DNA from: the human T2T-CHM13v2.0 reference genome, Homo sapiens
Length of the DNA: 64,000 nt
Reading direction: 5' to 3'
Assembly: GCA_009914755.4 (NCBI GenBank)
Contig: CP068257.2
Span: 1,120,001-1,184,000 of the forward strand
The position numbers and the translations under genes were made by a program. The number at the start of each line of letters is the position of its first letter. The stretch's first letter is position 1. The notes beneath the pieces were generated by a model, which saw nothing but the letters and a program-made list of their open reading frames with translations, searched no databases and was not told where the DNA came from. Below, in pieces: positions 24,501 through 39,500 of this stretch.

Positions 24501-27500
24501 GAACCCGAATGGAATGGAATGGATTGGAATGGAATGGAATGGAATCAACCAGAGCGGAAAGGAATGGAATGGAAAGGAGTGGAATGGAATGTAATGGAAT
24601 GGAATGCAATGGAATGGAATCAACACGAATGGAATGGAACGGAATGGAATGGGATGGGATGGAATGGAATGGAATGGAAGTTAATCAACACGAATGGAAT
24701 GGAACGGAATGTAATGGAATGGAATGGAATGGAATGGAATGGAATGGAATGGAATGGAATGAAATGGAAAGGAACGGAATGGAATCAACACGAGTGGAAT
24801 GGAATGGAACGGAATGGAATCAACCTGAGTGAAATGAAATGGAATGTAATGCAATGGGATGGTTTGGAATCAACCCGAGTGGAATGGAATGGAATGGAAT
24901 GGAATGGAATGGAATGGAATGGAATGGAAGGCAATGGAATGGATCGGAATGGAATCCAATGGAATCAACTGGAATGGAATGGATTGGAATGGAACAAATC
25001 CGGGTGGAGTGGAATGGAAGGGAATGGAGTGGAATGGAATGGAATTTAGTGGAATGGAATGGAATGGAATGGAATGAAATGGATTGGATCGGAATGGAAT
25101 CCAATGGAATCAATTGGAATGGAATGGAATGAAATAGAATGGTATAAATCCGGGTGGAGTGGAATGGAATGTAGTGGAGTGGAATGGAATTGAATTTAGT
25201 GGAATGGAATGGAATGGAATGGATTGGAATGGAATGGAATCAACCCGAATGGAATGGAACGGAATGGAATAGAAAGGAATAGAATGGAATGGAATGGAAT
25301 GGAATGGAATGGAATGGAATCAACCCGAATGGGATGGCATGGAATGGAATGGAATTGAATGGAATGGAATGGAATGGAAAGGAATGGAATGGAATGGAAT
25401 CATCCCAAGTGTAATGGAATGGAATGGAGTGCAATGGAACCCACCCGAGTGGAATGGAATGGAATGGAATGGAAAGGAATGGAATGGATTGGAATGGAAC
25501 GGAATGGAGTGGAATGGAATGGAATGGAATGGAATGGAATGGAATCAACCCGAATGGGATGGCATGGAATGGAATTCAGTGAAATGGAATGGAATGGAAT
25601 GGAATGGAATCAACCCAAGTGCAATGGAATGGAATGGAAGGCAATGGAGTCCACCCGAGTGGAATGGAATGGAATGGAATGGAATGGAATGGAATGGAGT
25701 GGAATGGAATGGAATGGAGTGGAATGGAACGGAATGGAGTGGAATGGAATAAACACCAGGGGAATGAAATGGATTGGAATGAAAAGGAATGGAAAGGGAA
25801 TGGAATGGAATAAAATCAACCAGAGTGGAATGGAACGGAACGGAATGAAATGGAAAGGAATGAATGGAAGGGAATGGTGTGGAGTCAACACGAGAGGAAT
25901 GGAATGGAATGGAATGGAACGGAATGGAATGGAAAGGAATGGAATGGAATGAACCCGAATGGAATGGAATGGATTGGAAAGGAATGGAATTGAATCAACC
26001 CGAGCGGAAAGGAATGGAATGGAATGGAGTGGAATGTAATGTAATGGAATGGAATTGAATGGAATGGAATGGAATCAACACGAATGGAATGGAAAGGAAT
26101 GGAATGTGATGGGATGGAATGGAATGGAATGGAAGTTAATCAACACGAATGGAATGGAACGGAATGGAATGGAATGGAATGGAATGAACCCGAATGGAAT
26201 GGAATGGATTGGAATGGAATGGAATGGAATCAACCCAAGCGGAATGGATTGGAATGGAATGGAGTGGAATGGAATGGAATGGAATGGAATGGAATGAAAT
26301 GGAAAGGAACGGAATGGAATCAACACGAGTGGAATGGAATGGAACGGAATGGAATCAACCAGAGTGGAATGAAATGGAATGTAATGCAATGGGATGGAGT
26401 GGAATCAACCCGAGTGGAATAGAATGGAATGGAACGGAATGAAATGGAATGGATCGGATTGGAATCCAGTGGAGTCAACTGGAATGGAATGGAATGGAAT
26501 GGAATGGAATGGAATGGAATGGAATGGAATGGAATAAATCCGGGTGGAGTGGAATGGAATGTAATGGAGTGGAATGGAATGGAATTTAGTGGAATGCAAT
26601 GGAATGGAATAGAATGGAATGGAATGGAATGGAATCAACCCGAGTGGATTGGAAAGGAATGGAATGGAAAGGAATGGAATGGAATGGAATGGAATGGAAT
26701 GGAATGGAATCAACCCGAATGGGATGGAATGGAATGGAATTGAATGGAATGGAATGGAATCAACCCAAGTGCAATGGAATGGTATGGAATGCAATGGAAT
26801 CCACCCGAGTGGAATGGAATGGAATGGAATGGAATGGAATGGAAGGAAAGGAATGGAGTGGAATGGAACGGAATGGAGTGGAACGGAATAAACACCAGGG
26901 GAATGAAATGGATTGGAATGAAATTGAATGGAATGGAATGGAATGGAATGGAATGGAATGAAATCAACCCGAGTGGAATGGATCGGAATGGAATGGAATG
27001 GAAAGGAATGAATGGCATGGAATGGTGTGGAATCAACACGAGAGGAATGGAATGGAATGGAATGGAATGGAACGGAATGGAAAGGAATGGAATGGGATGA
27101 ACCCGAATGGAATGGAATGGATTGGAATGGAATGGAATGGAATCAACCCGAGCGGAAAGGAATGGAATGGAATGGAGTGGAATGGAATCTAATGTAATGG
27201 AATGGAATGGAATAGAATCAACACAAATGGAATGGAACGGAATGGAATGGGATGGGATGGAATGGAATGGAATGGAAGTTAATCAACACGAATGGAATGG
27301 AACGGAATGGAATGGAAAGGAATGGAATGGAAAGGAATGGAATGGAATGGAATGGAATGAAATGGAAAGGAACGGAATGGAATCAACACGAGTGGAATGG
27401 ATTGGAACGGAATGGAATCAACCCCAGTGGAATGAACTGGAATGTAATGCAATGGGATGGAATGGAATCAACCCGAGTGGAATGGAATGGAATGGAATGA

Positions 27501-30500
27501 AATGGAATGGATTGGAATGGAATCCAATGGAATCAACTGGAATGGAATGAAATGGAATGGAATAGAATGGAATGGAATGGAATAAATCCGGGTGGAGTGG
27601 AATGGAATGTAATGGAGTGGAATGTAAAGGAATTTAGTGGAATGGAATGGAATGGAATGGAATGGAATGGAATGGAATGGAATGGATTGGATCAGAATGG
27701 AATCCAATGGAATCAACTGGAATGGCATGGAATGGAATGCAATGGAATAAATCCGGGTGGAGTGGAATGGAATGTAATGGAGTGGAATGGAATGGAATTT
27801 AGTGGAATGGAATGGAATGGAATGGAATGGAATGGAATGGAATGGATTGGATCAGAATGGAATCCAATGGAATCAACTGGAATGGCATGGAATGGAATGC
27901 AATGGAATAAATCCGGGTGGAGTGGAATGGAATGTAATGGAGTGGAATGGAATGGAATTTAGTGGAATGGAATGGAACGGAATGGAATGGAATGGAATGG
28001 AATAAACCCGAATGGAATGGAACGGAATGGAATGGAAATGAATGGAATGGAATGGAATGGAATGGAATGAAATGGAATGGAATGGAATGGAATGGAATCA
28101 ACCCGAATGGGATGGCATGGAATGGAATTGAATGGAATAGAATGGAACGGACTGTAATGGAATGGAATGGAATTGAATCAACCCAAGTGCAATGGAATGG
28201 AATGGAATGCAATGGAATCCACCCGAGTGGAATGGAATCGAATGGAACAGAATGGAATGGAATGGAATGGAATGGAATGAAATCAACCCGAGTGGAATGC
28301 AACGGAATGGAATGGAATGGAAAGGAATGAATGTAATGGAATGGGGTGGAATCAACACGAGAGGAATGGAATGGAACGGAATGGATCGGAACGGAATGGA
28401 AAGGAATGGAATGGAATGAAACCGAATGGAATGGAATGGATTGGAATGGAATAGAATGGAATCAACCCGAGCGGAAAGGAATGTAACGGAATGGAGTGGA
28501 ATGTAATGTAATGTAAAGGAATGGAATGAAATAGAATCAACACGAATGGAATGGAACGGAATGGAATGGGATGGGATGGAATGGAATGGAATAAATCCGG
28601 GTGGAGTGGATTGGATTGTAATGGAGTGGAACGTAATGGAATTTAGTGGAATGGAATGGAATGGAATGGAATGGAATGGAATGAAATGGATTGGATCGGA
28701 ATGGAAGCCAATGGAATCAACTGGAATGGAATGGAATGGAATGGAATGGAATGAAATGGATTGGATCGGAATGGAAGCCAATGGAATCAAATGGAATGGA
28801 ATGGAATGGAATGGAATGGAATGGAATGGAATGGAATGGAATAAATCCGGGTGGAGTGGAATGGAATGTAATGGAGTGGAATGTAATGGAATTTAGTGGA
28901 ATGGAATGGAATGGAATGGAATGGAATGGAATGGAATGGAATGGAATGGAATGGAATCAACCCGAAAGGAATGGAATGGAAATGAATGGAATGGAGTGGA
29001 GTGGAATGGAATGGAATGGAATGGAATGGAATGGAAAGGAATGGAATGGAATCAACCCGAATGGGATGGCATGGAATGGAATTGAATGGAATGGAATGGA
29101 ATGGAATGGAATGGAATGGAATCAACCCAAGTGCAATGGAATGGAATGGAATGCAATGGAGTACACCCGAGTGGAATGAAATGGAATGGAATGGAATGGA
29201 GTGGAATGGAACGTAATGGAGTGGAATGGAAAAAACACCAGGGGAATGAAATGGATTGGAATGAAATGGAATGGAAGGGAATGGAATGGAATGAAATCAA
29301 CCCGAGTGGAATGGAACGGAATGGAATGTAATGGAAAGGAATGAATGGATTGGAATGGTGTGGAATCAACACGAGAGGAATGGAATGGAACGGAATGGAA
29401 CGGAACGGAATAGAAAGGAATGGAATGGAATGAATCCGAATGGAATGGAATGGATTGGAATGGAATAGAATGGAATCAACCCGAGCGGAAAGGAATGGAA
29501 TCGAATGGAGTGGAATGTAATGTAATGTAAAGGAATAGAATGAAATAGAATCAACACGAATGGAATGGAACGGAATGGAATGGGATGGGATGGAATGGAA
29601 TGGAATGGAAGTTAATCAACACGAATGGAATGGAACGGAATGGAATGGAATGGAATGGAATGGAATGGAATGGAATGGAATGGAAGGAACGGAATGGAAT
29701 CAACACGAGTGGAATGGAATGAAACGGAATGGAATCAACACGAGGGGAATGAAATGGAATGTAATGCAATGGGATGGAGTGGAATCAACCCGAGTGGAAT
29801 GGAATGGAATGGAATGAAATGGAATGGATCGGAATGGAATCTAATGGAATCAACTGGAATGGAATGGAATGGAATGGAATAAATCCAGGTGGAGTGGACT
29901 GGAATGTAATGGAGTGGAATGTAATGGAATTTAGTGGAATGGAATGGAATGGAGTGGAATGGAATGGAATGGAATGGAAAGGAATGAAATGGATTGGATA
30001 GGAATGGAATCCAATGGAATCAACTGGAATGGAATGGAAAGGAATGGAATGGAATGGAATAAATCCGGGTGGAGTGGAGTGGAATGTAATGGAGTGGAAT
30101 GGAATGGAATTTAGTGTAATGGAATGGAATGGAATGGAATGGAATGGAATCAACCCGAGTGGAATGGAACGGAATGGAATGGAAGGGAATGGAATGGAAG
30201 GGAATGGAATGGAATGGAATAGAATGTAATGTAATGGAATGGAATGGAATGGAATGGAAGGGAATGGAATCAACACGAATGGAATGGCATGGAATGGCAT
30301 TGAATCGAATAGAATGGAATGGAATGGAATGGAATGGAATCAACCCAAGTGCAATGGAATGGAATGGAATGCATTGGAATCCACCTGAGTGGAATGTAAT
30401 GGAATGGAATGGAATGGAATGGAGTGGAATGGAACGGAATGGAGTGGAATGCAATAAACATCAGGGGAATGAAATGGATTGGAATGAAGTGGAATGGAAT

Positions 30501-33500
30501 GGAATGGAATGGAATGAAATCAACAAGAGTGGAATGGAACGGAATGGAATTGAATGGAAAGGAATGAATGGAATGGAATGGTGTGGAATCAACACGAGAG
30601 GAATGGAATGGAATGGAATGGAATGGAACGGAACGGAATGGAAAGGAATGGAATGGAATGAACCCGAATGGAATGGAATGCATTGGAAAGGAATGGAATG
30701 GAATCAACCCGAGAGGAAAGGAATGGAATGGAATGGAGTGGAATGTAATGTAATGGAATGGAATGGAATGGAATGGAATCAACACAAATGGAATGGAACG
30801 GAATGGAATGGGTTAGGATGGAATGGTATGGAATGGAAGTTAATCAACACGAATGGAATGGAACGGAATGGAATGGAATGGAATGGAAAGGAATGGAATG
30901 GAATTGAATGGAATGAAATGGAAAGGAACGGAATGGAATCAACACGAGTGGAATGGAATGGAACGGAATGGAATCAACCACAGTGGAATGAACTGGAATG
31001 TAATGCAATGGGATGGAGTGGAATCAACCACAGTGGAATGAACTGGAATGTAATGCAATGGGATGGAGTGGAATCAACCCGAATGGAATGGAATGGAATG
31101 GAAAGGAATGGAATGGAACGAAATGGAATGGATCGGAATGGAATCCAATGGAATCAACTGGAATGGAATGGAATGGAATGGAATGGAATGCAATGGAATG
31201 GAATAAATCTGGGTGGAGTGGAATGGAATGAAACGGAGTGGAATGTAATGGAATTTAGTGGAATGGAATGGAATGGAATGGAATGGAATGAAATGGATTG
31301 GATCGGAATGGAATCCAATGGAATCAACTGGAATGGAATGGAATGGAATGGAATGGAATGGAATGGAATAAATCCGGGTGGAGTGGAATGGAATGTAATG
31401 GAGTGGAATGGAATGGAATTTAGTGGAATGGAATGGAATGGAATGGAATGGAATGGAATGGAATGGAATGAAATGGATTGGATCGGAATGGAATCCAATG
31501 GAATCAACTGGAATGGAATGGAATGGAATGGAATAAATCAGGGTGGAGTGGAATGGAATGTAATGGAGTGGAATGGAATGGAATTTAGTGGAATGGAATG
31601 GAATGGAATGGAATGGAATGGAATGGAATGAAATGGATTGGATCGGAATATAATCCAATGGATTAAACTGGAATGGAATGGAATGGAATGGAATGCAGTG
31701 GATCGGAATGGAATCAAATGGAATCAACTGGAATGGAATGGAATGGAATAAATCCGGGTGGAGTGGAATGGAATGTAATGGAGTGGAATGTAACGGAATT
31801 TAGTGGAATGGAATGGAATGGAGTGCAATGGAATGGAATGAAATGGATTGGATCGGAATGGAATCCAATGGAATCAACTGAAATGGAATGGAATGGAATG
31901 GAATGGAATAAATCCGGGTGGAGTGGAATGTAATATAATGGAGTGGAATGTAATGGAATTCAGTGGAATGGAATGGAATGGAATGGAATGGAATGGAATG
32001 GAATGAAATGGGAATGAAATGGATTGGATCGGAATATAATCCAATGGAATAAACTGGAATGGAATGGAATGGAATGAAATAAAATGGATTGGATTGGAAT
32101 GGAATCCAATAGAATCAACTGGAACGGAATGGAATGGAATATTTCCGGGTGGAGTGGAATGGAATATAATGGAGTGGAATGGAATGGAAATTAGTGGAAT
32201 GGAACGGAATGGAATGGAAAGGAATGTAATGTAATGTAATGTAATGTAATGGAATAGAATGGAATGGAAACAACCCGAATGGGATGGCATGGAATAGAAT
32301 TGAATGCAATGGAATGGAATGGAATGGAATGGAATGGAATGCAATGGAATCCAGCCGATTGGAATGGAATGGAATGGAATGGAATGGAATGGAATGGAGT
32401 GGAATGGAATAAACAGCAGAGGAATGAAATGGATTGGAATGAAATGGAATGGAATGGAATGGAATGAAATCAACCCGAGGGGAATGGAACGGAATGGAAT
32501 GGAATGGAAAGGAATGAATGGAAGGGAATGGTGTGGAATCAACACGAGAGGAATGGAATGGAATGGAATGGAACGGAACGGAATGGAAAGGAATGGAATG
32601 GAATGAACCCGAATGGAATGGAATGGATTGGAATGGAATGGAATAGAATCAACCTGAGAGGAAAGGAATGGAATGGAATGGAGAGGAATGGAATGTAATG
32701 GAATGGAATGCAATGGAATGGAATCAACACGAATGGAATGGAACGGAATGGAATGGGATGGGATGGAATGGAATGGAATGGAAGTTAATCAACACGAATG
32801 GAATGGAACGGAATGGAATGGAACGGAATGGAATGGAATGGAATGGAATGGAAAGGAACAGAATGGAATCAACAGGAGTGGAATGGAATGGAACGGAATG
32901 GAATCAATCCGAGTGGAATGAAATGGAATGTAATGCAATGAGATGGAGTGGAATCAACCTGAGTGGAATGGAATCGAATGGATTGGAATGGAATGGAATG
33001 GAATGAAATGGAATGGAATAAATCCGGGTGGAGAGGAATGGAATGTAATGGAGTGCAATGTTACGGAATTTAGTGGAATGGAATGGAATGGAATGGAATG
33101 GAATGGAATGGAATGGAATGGAATCGAATGGAATGAAATGGATTGGATCGGAATGGAATCCAATGGAATCAACTGGAATGGAATGGAATGGAATAAATCC
33201 GGGTGGAGTGGAATGGAATGTAATGGAGTGGAATGGAATGGAATTTAGTGGAATGGAATGGAATGGAATGGAATGGAATGGAATGGAATGGAATGAAATG
33301 GAATGGAATCAACCCGAATGGAATGGAATGGAATGGAATGGAAAGGGATGGAATGGAATGGAATGGAATGGAATAGAATGGAATGGAATGGAATGGAATG
33401 GAATGGAATCAACCCAAGTGCAATGGAATGCAATGGAATGCAATGGAATCCACCCGAGTGGAATGGAATGGAATGGAATGGAATATAATGCAATGGAATG

Positions 33501-36500
33501 GAATGGAATGGAATGGAATGGAATGGAGTGGAATGGAACTGAATGGAGTGGAATGGAATAAACACCAGGAGAATGAAATGGATTGGAATGAAATGGAATG
33601 GAATGGAATGGAATGGAATGGAATGGAATGAAATCAACCCGAGTGGAATGGAACGGAATGGAATGGAATGGAAAGGAATGAATGGAAGGGAATGGTGTGG
33701 AAACAACACGAGAGGAATGGAATGGAATGGAATGGAAAGAAACGGAATGGAAAGGAATGGAATGGAATGAACCCGAATGGAATGGAATGGATTGGATTGG
33801 AATGGAATGGAATCAACCCGAGCATAAAGGAATGGAACGGAATGGAGTGGAATGGAATGGAATGGAATGGAATGGAATGGAATGGAATGGAATCAACACG
33901 AATGGAATGGAGCGGAATGAAATGGGATGGGATGGAATGGAATGGAATGGAATCAACATGAATGGAATGGAACGTAATGGAAAGGAATGGAATGGAAAAT
34001 AATGGAATGGAATGAACCCGAATGGAATGGAATGCATTGGAATGGAATGGAATGGAATCAACCCGAGCGGAAAGGAATGGAATGGCATGGTGTGGAATGG
34101 AATGTAATGGAATGGAATGGAATGGAATCAACACGAATGGAATGGAACGGAATGGAATGGGATGGGATGGAATGGAATGGAAGGGAAGTTAATCAACACG
34201 AATGGAATGCAACGGAATGGAATGGAATGGAATGGAGTGGAATGAACCCGAATGGAATGGAATGGATTGGAATGGAATGGAATTGAATCAACCCTAGTGG
34301 AAAGGAATGGAATGGAATGGAGTGGAATGTAATGTAATGTAATGGAATGGAATGGAATGGAATCAACACGAATGGAATAGAACGGAATGGAATGGGATGG
34401 GATGGAATGGAATGGAATGGAAGTTAATCAACATGAATGGAATGGAATGTAATGGAATGGAACGGAACGGAATGGAATGGAATGCAATGGAATGGAATGA
34501 AATGGAAAGGAACGGAATGGAATCAACACGAGTGGAATGGAATGGATAGGAATGGAATCAACCCGAGTGAAATGAAATGGAATGTAATGCAATGGGATGG
34601 AGTGGAATCAACCCGAGTGGAATGGAATGGAATGGAATGGAATGGAACGAAATGGAATGGATCGGAATGTAATCCAATGGAATCAACTGGAATGGAATGG
34701 AATGGAATGGAATGGAATAAACCCGGGTGGAGTGGAATGGAATGTAACGGAGTGGAATGTAATGGAATTTAGTGGAATGGAATGGAATGGAATGGAATGA
34801 AATGGATTGGATCGGAATGGAATCCAAAGGAATCAACTGGAATGGAATGGAATGGAATGGAATAAATCCGGGTGGAGTGGAATGGAAAGTAATGGAGTGG
34901 AATGGAATGGATTTTACTGGATGGAATGGAATGGAATGGAATGCAACGGAATGGAATGGAATGGAATGGAATGGAATGGAAAGGAATGGAATCAACCCGA
35001 ATGGAATGGAACGGAAAGGAATGGAATGGAATGGAATGGAATGGAATGGAATGGAATGGAAAGGAATGGAATGGAATGGAATGGAATCAACCCGAATGGG
35101 ATGGTATGGAATGGAACTGAATGGAATAGAATGGAATGGAATGGAATGGAATGGAATCAACCCAAGTGCAATGGAATGGTTTGGAATGCAATGGAATCCA
35201 CCTGAGTGGAATGGAATGGAATGGAATGGAATGGAATGGAATGGAATGGAGTGGAATGGAACGGAATGGAGTGGAATGCAAGAAACACCAGGGGAATAAA
35301 ATGAATTGGAATGAAATGGAATGGAATGGAATGGAATGGAATGGAATGGAATGAAATCAACCCAAGTGGAATGGAACGGAAAGGAATGGAATGGAAAGGA
35401 ATGAATGGTAAGGAATTGTGTGGAATCAACCCGAGAGGAATGGAATGGAATGGAATGGAATGGAACGGAACGGAATGGAAAGGAATGGAATGGAATGAAC
35501 CCGAATGGAATGGAATGGATTAGAATGGAATGGAATGGAATCAACCCGAGCGGAAAGGAATGGAATGGAATGGAGTGGAATGTAATGTAATGGAATGGAA
35601 TGGAATGGAATGGAATGGAATCAACACAAATGGAATGGAACGGAATGGAATGGGATGGGATGGAATGGTATGGAATGGAAGTTAATCAACACGAATGGAA
35701 TGGAACGGAATGGAATGGAATGGAATGGAAAGGAATGGAATGGAATGGAATGGAATGGAATGGAATGGAATGGAATGGAATGAAATGGAATGGATTGGAA
35801 TGGAATACAATGGAATCAACTGGAATGGAATGGAATGGAATGGAATGGAATGGAATGGAATGAAATGGAATGGATCAGAATGGAATCCAATGGAATCAAC
35901 TGGAATGGAATGGAATGGAATGGACTGCAATTGAATGGAATAAATCTGGGTGCATTGGAATGGAATGTAACGGAGTGGAATGTAATGGAATTTAGTGGAA
36001 TGGAATGGAATGGAATGGAATGGAATGGAATGGAATGGAATGGATTGGATCGGATTGGAATCCAATGGAAGCAACTGGAATGGAATGGAATGGAATGGAA
36101 TTGTATAAATCCGGGTGGAGATGACTGTAATGTAATGCAGGGGAATGGAATGGAATTCAGTGGAATGGAATGGATTGGAATGGATTGGAATGGAATGGAA
36201 TGGAATGGAATGGAATGGAATGGAATGGAATGAAAGGGATAGGATCGGAATGGAATCCAATGGAATCAACTGGAATGGAATGGAATGGAATAAATCCGGG
36301 TGGAGTGGAATGGAATGTAATGGAGTGGAATGGAATGCAATTTAGTGGAATGGAATGGAAAGGAATAGAATGGAATGGAATGGAAAGGAATGGAATGGAA
36401 TCAACCCGAATGGGATGGCATGGAATGGAATTCAATGGAATGGAATGGAATGGACGGTAATGGAATGGAACGGAATGGAATCAACCAAAGTGCAATGGAA

Positions 36501-39500
36501 TGGAATGGAATGCAATGGAATCCACCCAAGTGGAATGGAATGGAATGGAATGGAACGGAATGGAATGGAATGGAGTGGAATGGGACGGAATGGAGTGGAA
36601 TTGAATAAACACCAGGGGTATGAAATGGATTGGAAAGAAATGGAATGGAATGGAATGGAATGAAATCAACCCGAGTGGAATGCAACGGAATGGAATGGAA
36701 TGGAAAGGAATGAATGGAATGGAATGGTGTGGAATCAACACGAGAGGAATGGAATGGAATGGAATGGAATGGAATGGAATGGAACGGAACGGAATGGAAA
36801 GGAATGGAATGGAATGAACCCGAATGGAATGGAATGCATTGGAATGGAATGGAATGGAATCAACCCGAGCGGAAAGGAATGGAATGGAATGGAGTGGAAT
36901 GTAATGTAATGGAATGGAATGGAATGGAATGGAATGGAATCAACACAAATGGAATGGAACGGAATGGAATGGGTTAGGATGGAATGGTATGGAATGGAAG
37001 TTAATCAACACGAAGGGAATGGAACGTAATGGAATGGAATGGAATGGAAAGGAATGGAATGGAATTGAATGGAATGAAATGGAAAGGAACGGAATGGAAT
37101 CAACACGAGTGGAATGGAATGGAACGGAATGGAATCAACCCCACTGGAATGAACTGGAATGTAATGCAATGGGATGGAGTGGAATCAACCCGAGTGGAAT
37201 GGAATGGAATGGAAAGGAATGGAATGGAATGAAATGGAATGGATCGGAATGGAATCCAATGGAATCAACTGGAATGGAATGGAATGGAATGGAATGGAAT
37301 GGAATGCAATGGAATGGAATAAATCTGGGTGGAGTGGAATGGAATGAAACGGAGTGGAATGTAATGGAATTTAGTGGAATGGAATGGAATGGAATGGAAT
37401 GGAATGAAATGGATTGGATCGGAATGGAATCCAATGGAATCAACTGGAAAGAAATGGAATGGAATGGAATGGAATAAATCTGGGTGGAGTGGAATGGAAT
37501 GTAATGGAGTGGAATGGAATGGAATTTAGTGGAATGGAATGGAATAGAATGGAATGGAATGGAATGAAATGGATTGGATCGGAATGGAATCCAATGGAAT
37601 CAACTGGAATGGAATGGAATGGAATAAATCCGGGTGGAGTGGAATGGAACGGAATTTAGTGGAATGGAATGGAAAGGAATGGAATGAAATGGAATGGAAT
37701 GGAATGGAATGGAATCAACCCGAGTGGGATGGCATGCAATGGAATTGAATGGAAGGGAATGGAATGGACTGTAATGGAATGGAATGGAAGGGAATCAAAC
37801 CAAGTGCAATGGAATGGAATGGAATGCAATAGAATCCACCCGAGTGGAATGGAATGGAATGGAATGGAATGGAATGAATGTAATGGAATGGGGTGGAATC
37901 AACACGAGAGGAATGGAATGGAATGGAATGGAAAGGAACGGAATGGAAAGGAATGGAATGGAATGATCCCGAATGGAATGGAATGGATTGGAATGGCATG
38001 GAATGGAATCATCCCGAGCGGAAAGGAACGGAATGGAATGGAGTGGAATGGAATGGAATGGAATGGAATGGAATGGAATGGAATCAACACGAATGGAATG
38101 GAACGGAATGGAATGGAATGGGATGGGATGGAATGGAATGGAAGTTAATCAACACGAATGGAATGGAAAGGAATGGAATGGAATGGAATGGAATGGAATG
38201 GAATGGAATGAACCCGAATGCAATGGAATGGATTGGAATTAAACGGAATGGAATCAACCCGAGCGGAAAGGAATGGAATGGAATGGAATGGAATGGAATG
38301 AAAAGGTTTGGATCGGAATGGAATCCAATGGAATGTAATGGAATGGAATGGAATAAATCCGGGTGGAGTGGAATGGAATGCAATGGAGTGGAATGTAACG
38401 GAATTTAGTGGAATGGAATGGAATGGAATGAAATGGATTCGATCGGAATGGAATCCAATGGAATCAACTGGAATGGAATGGAATGGAATGGAATGGAATA
38501 AATCCGGGTGGAGTGGAATGGAATGTAATGGAGTGGAATGGAATGGAATTTAATGGAATGGAATGGAATGGAATGGAATGGAATGGAATGGAATGAAATG
38601 GATTGGATCAGAATATAATCCAATGGGTTAAACTGGAATGGAATGGAATGGAATGGAATGGAATGGAATGGAATGGAATGCAGTGGATCGGAATGGAATC
38701 AAATGGAATCAACTGGAATGGAATGGAATGGAATGGAATGGAATGGAATAAATCCGGGTGGAGTGGAATGGAATGTAATGGAGTGGAATGTAACGGAATT
38801 TAGTGGAATGGAATGGAATAGAATGCAATGGAATGGAATGAAATGGATTGGATCGGAATGGAATCCAATGGAATCAACTGGAATGCAATGGAATGGAATG
38901 GAATGGAATGGAATGGAATGGAATGGAATAAATCCGGGTGGAGTGGAATGTAATATAATGCAGTGGAATGTAATGGAATTTAGTGGAATGGAATGGAATG
39001 GAATGGAATGGAATGAAATGGGAATGAAATGGATTGGATCGGAATATAATCCAATGGAATAAACTGGAATGGAATGGAATGGAATGAAATAAAATGGATT
39101 GGATTGGAATGGAATCCAATGGAATCAACTGGAATGGAATGGAATGGAATGGAATGGAATACTTCCGGGTGGAGTGGAATGGAATGTAATGGAGTGGAAT
39201 GGAATGGAATTTAGTGGAATGGAATGGAATGGAATGGAATTAAACCGAGTGGAATGGAACGGAATGGAATGGAAAGGAATGGAATGGAATGGAATGGAAT
39301 GGAATGGAATGGAATGGAATCAACCCAAATGGGATGGCATGGAATGGAATTGAATGCAATGCAATGGAATGGAATGGAATGGAATGCAATGGAATCCACC
39401 CGATTGGAATGGAATGGAATGGAATGGAATGGAATGGAATGGAATGGAGTGGAATGGAATAAACAGCAGAGGAATGAAATGGATTGGAATGAAATGGAAT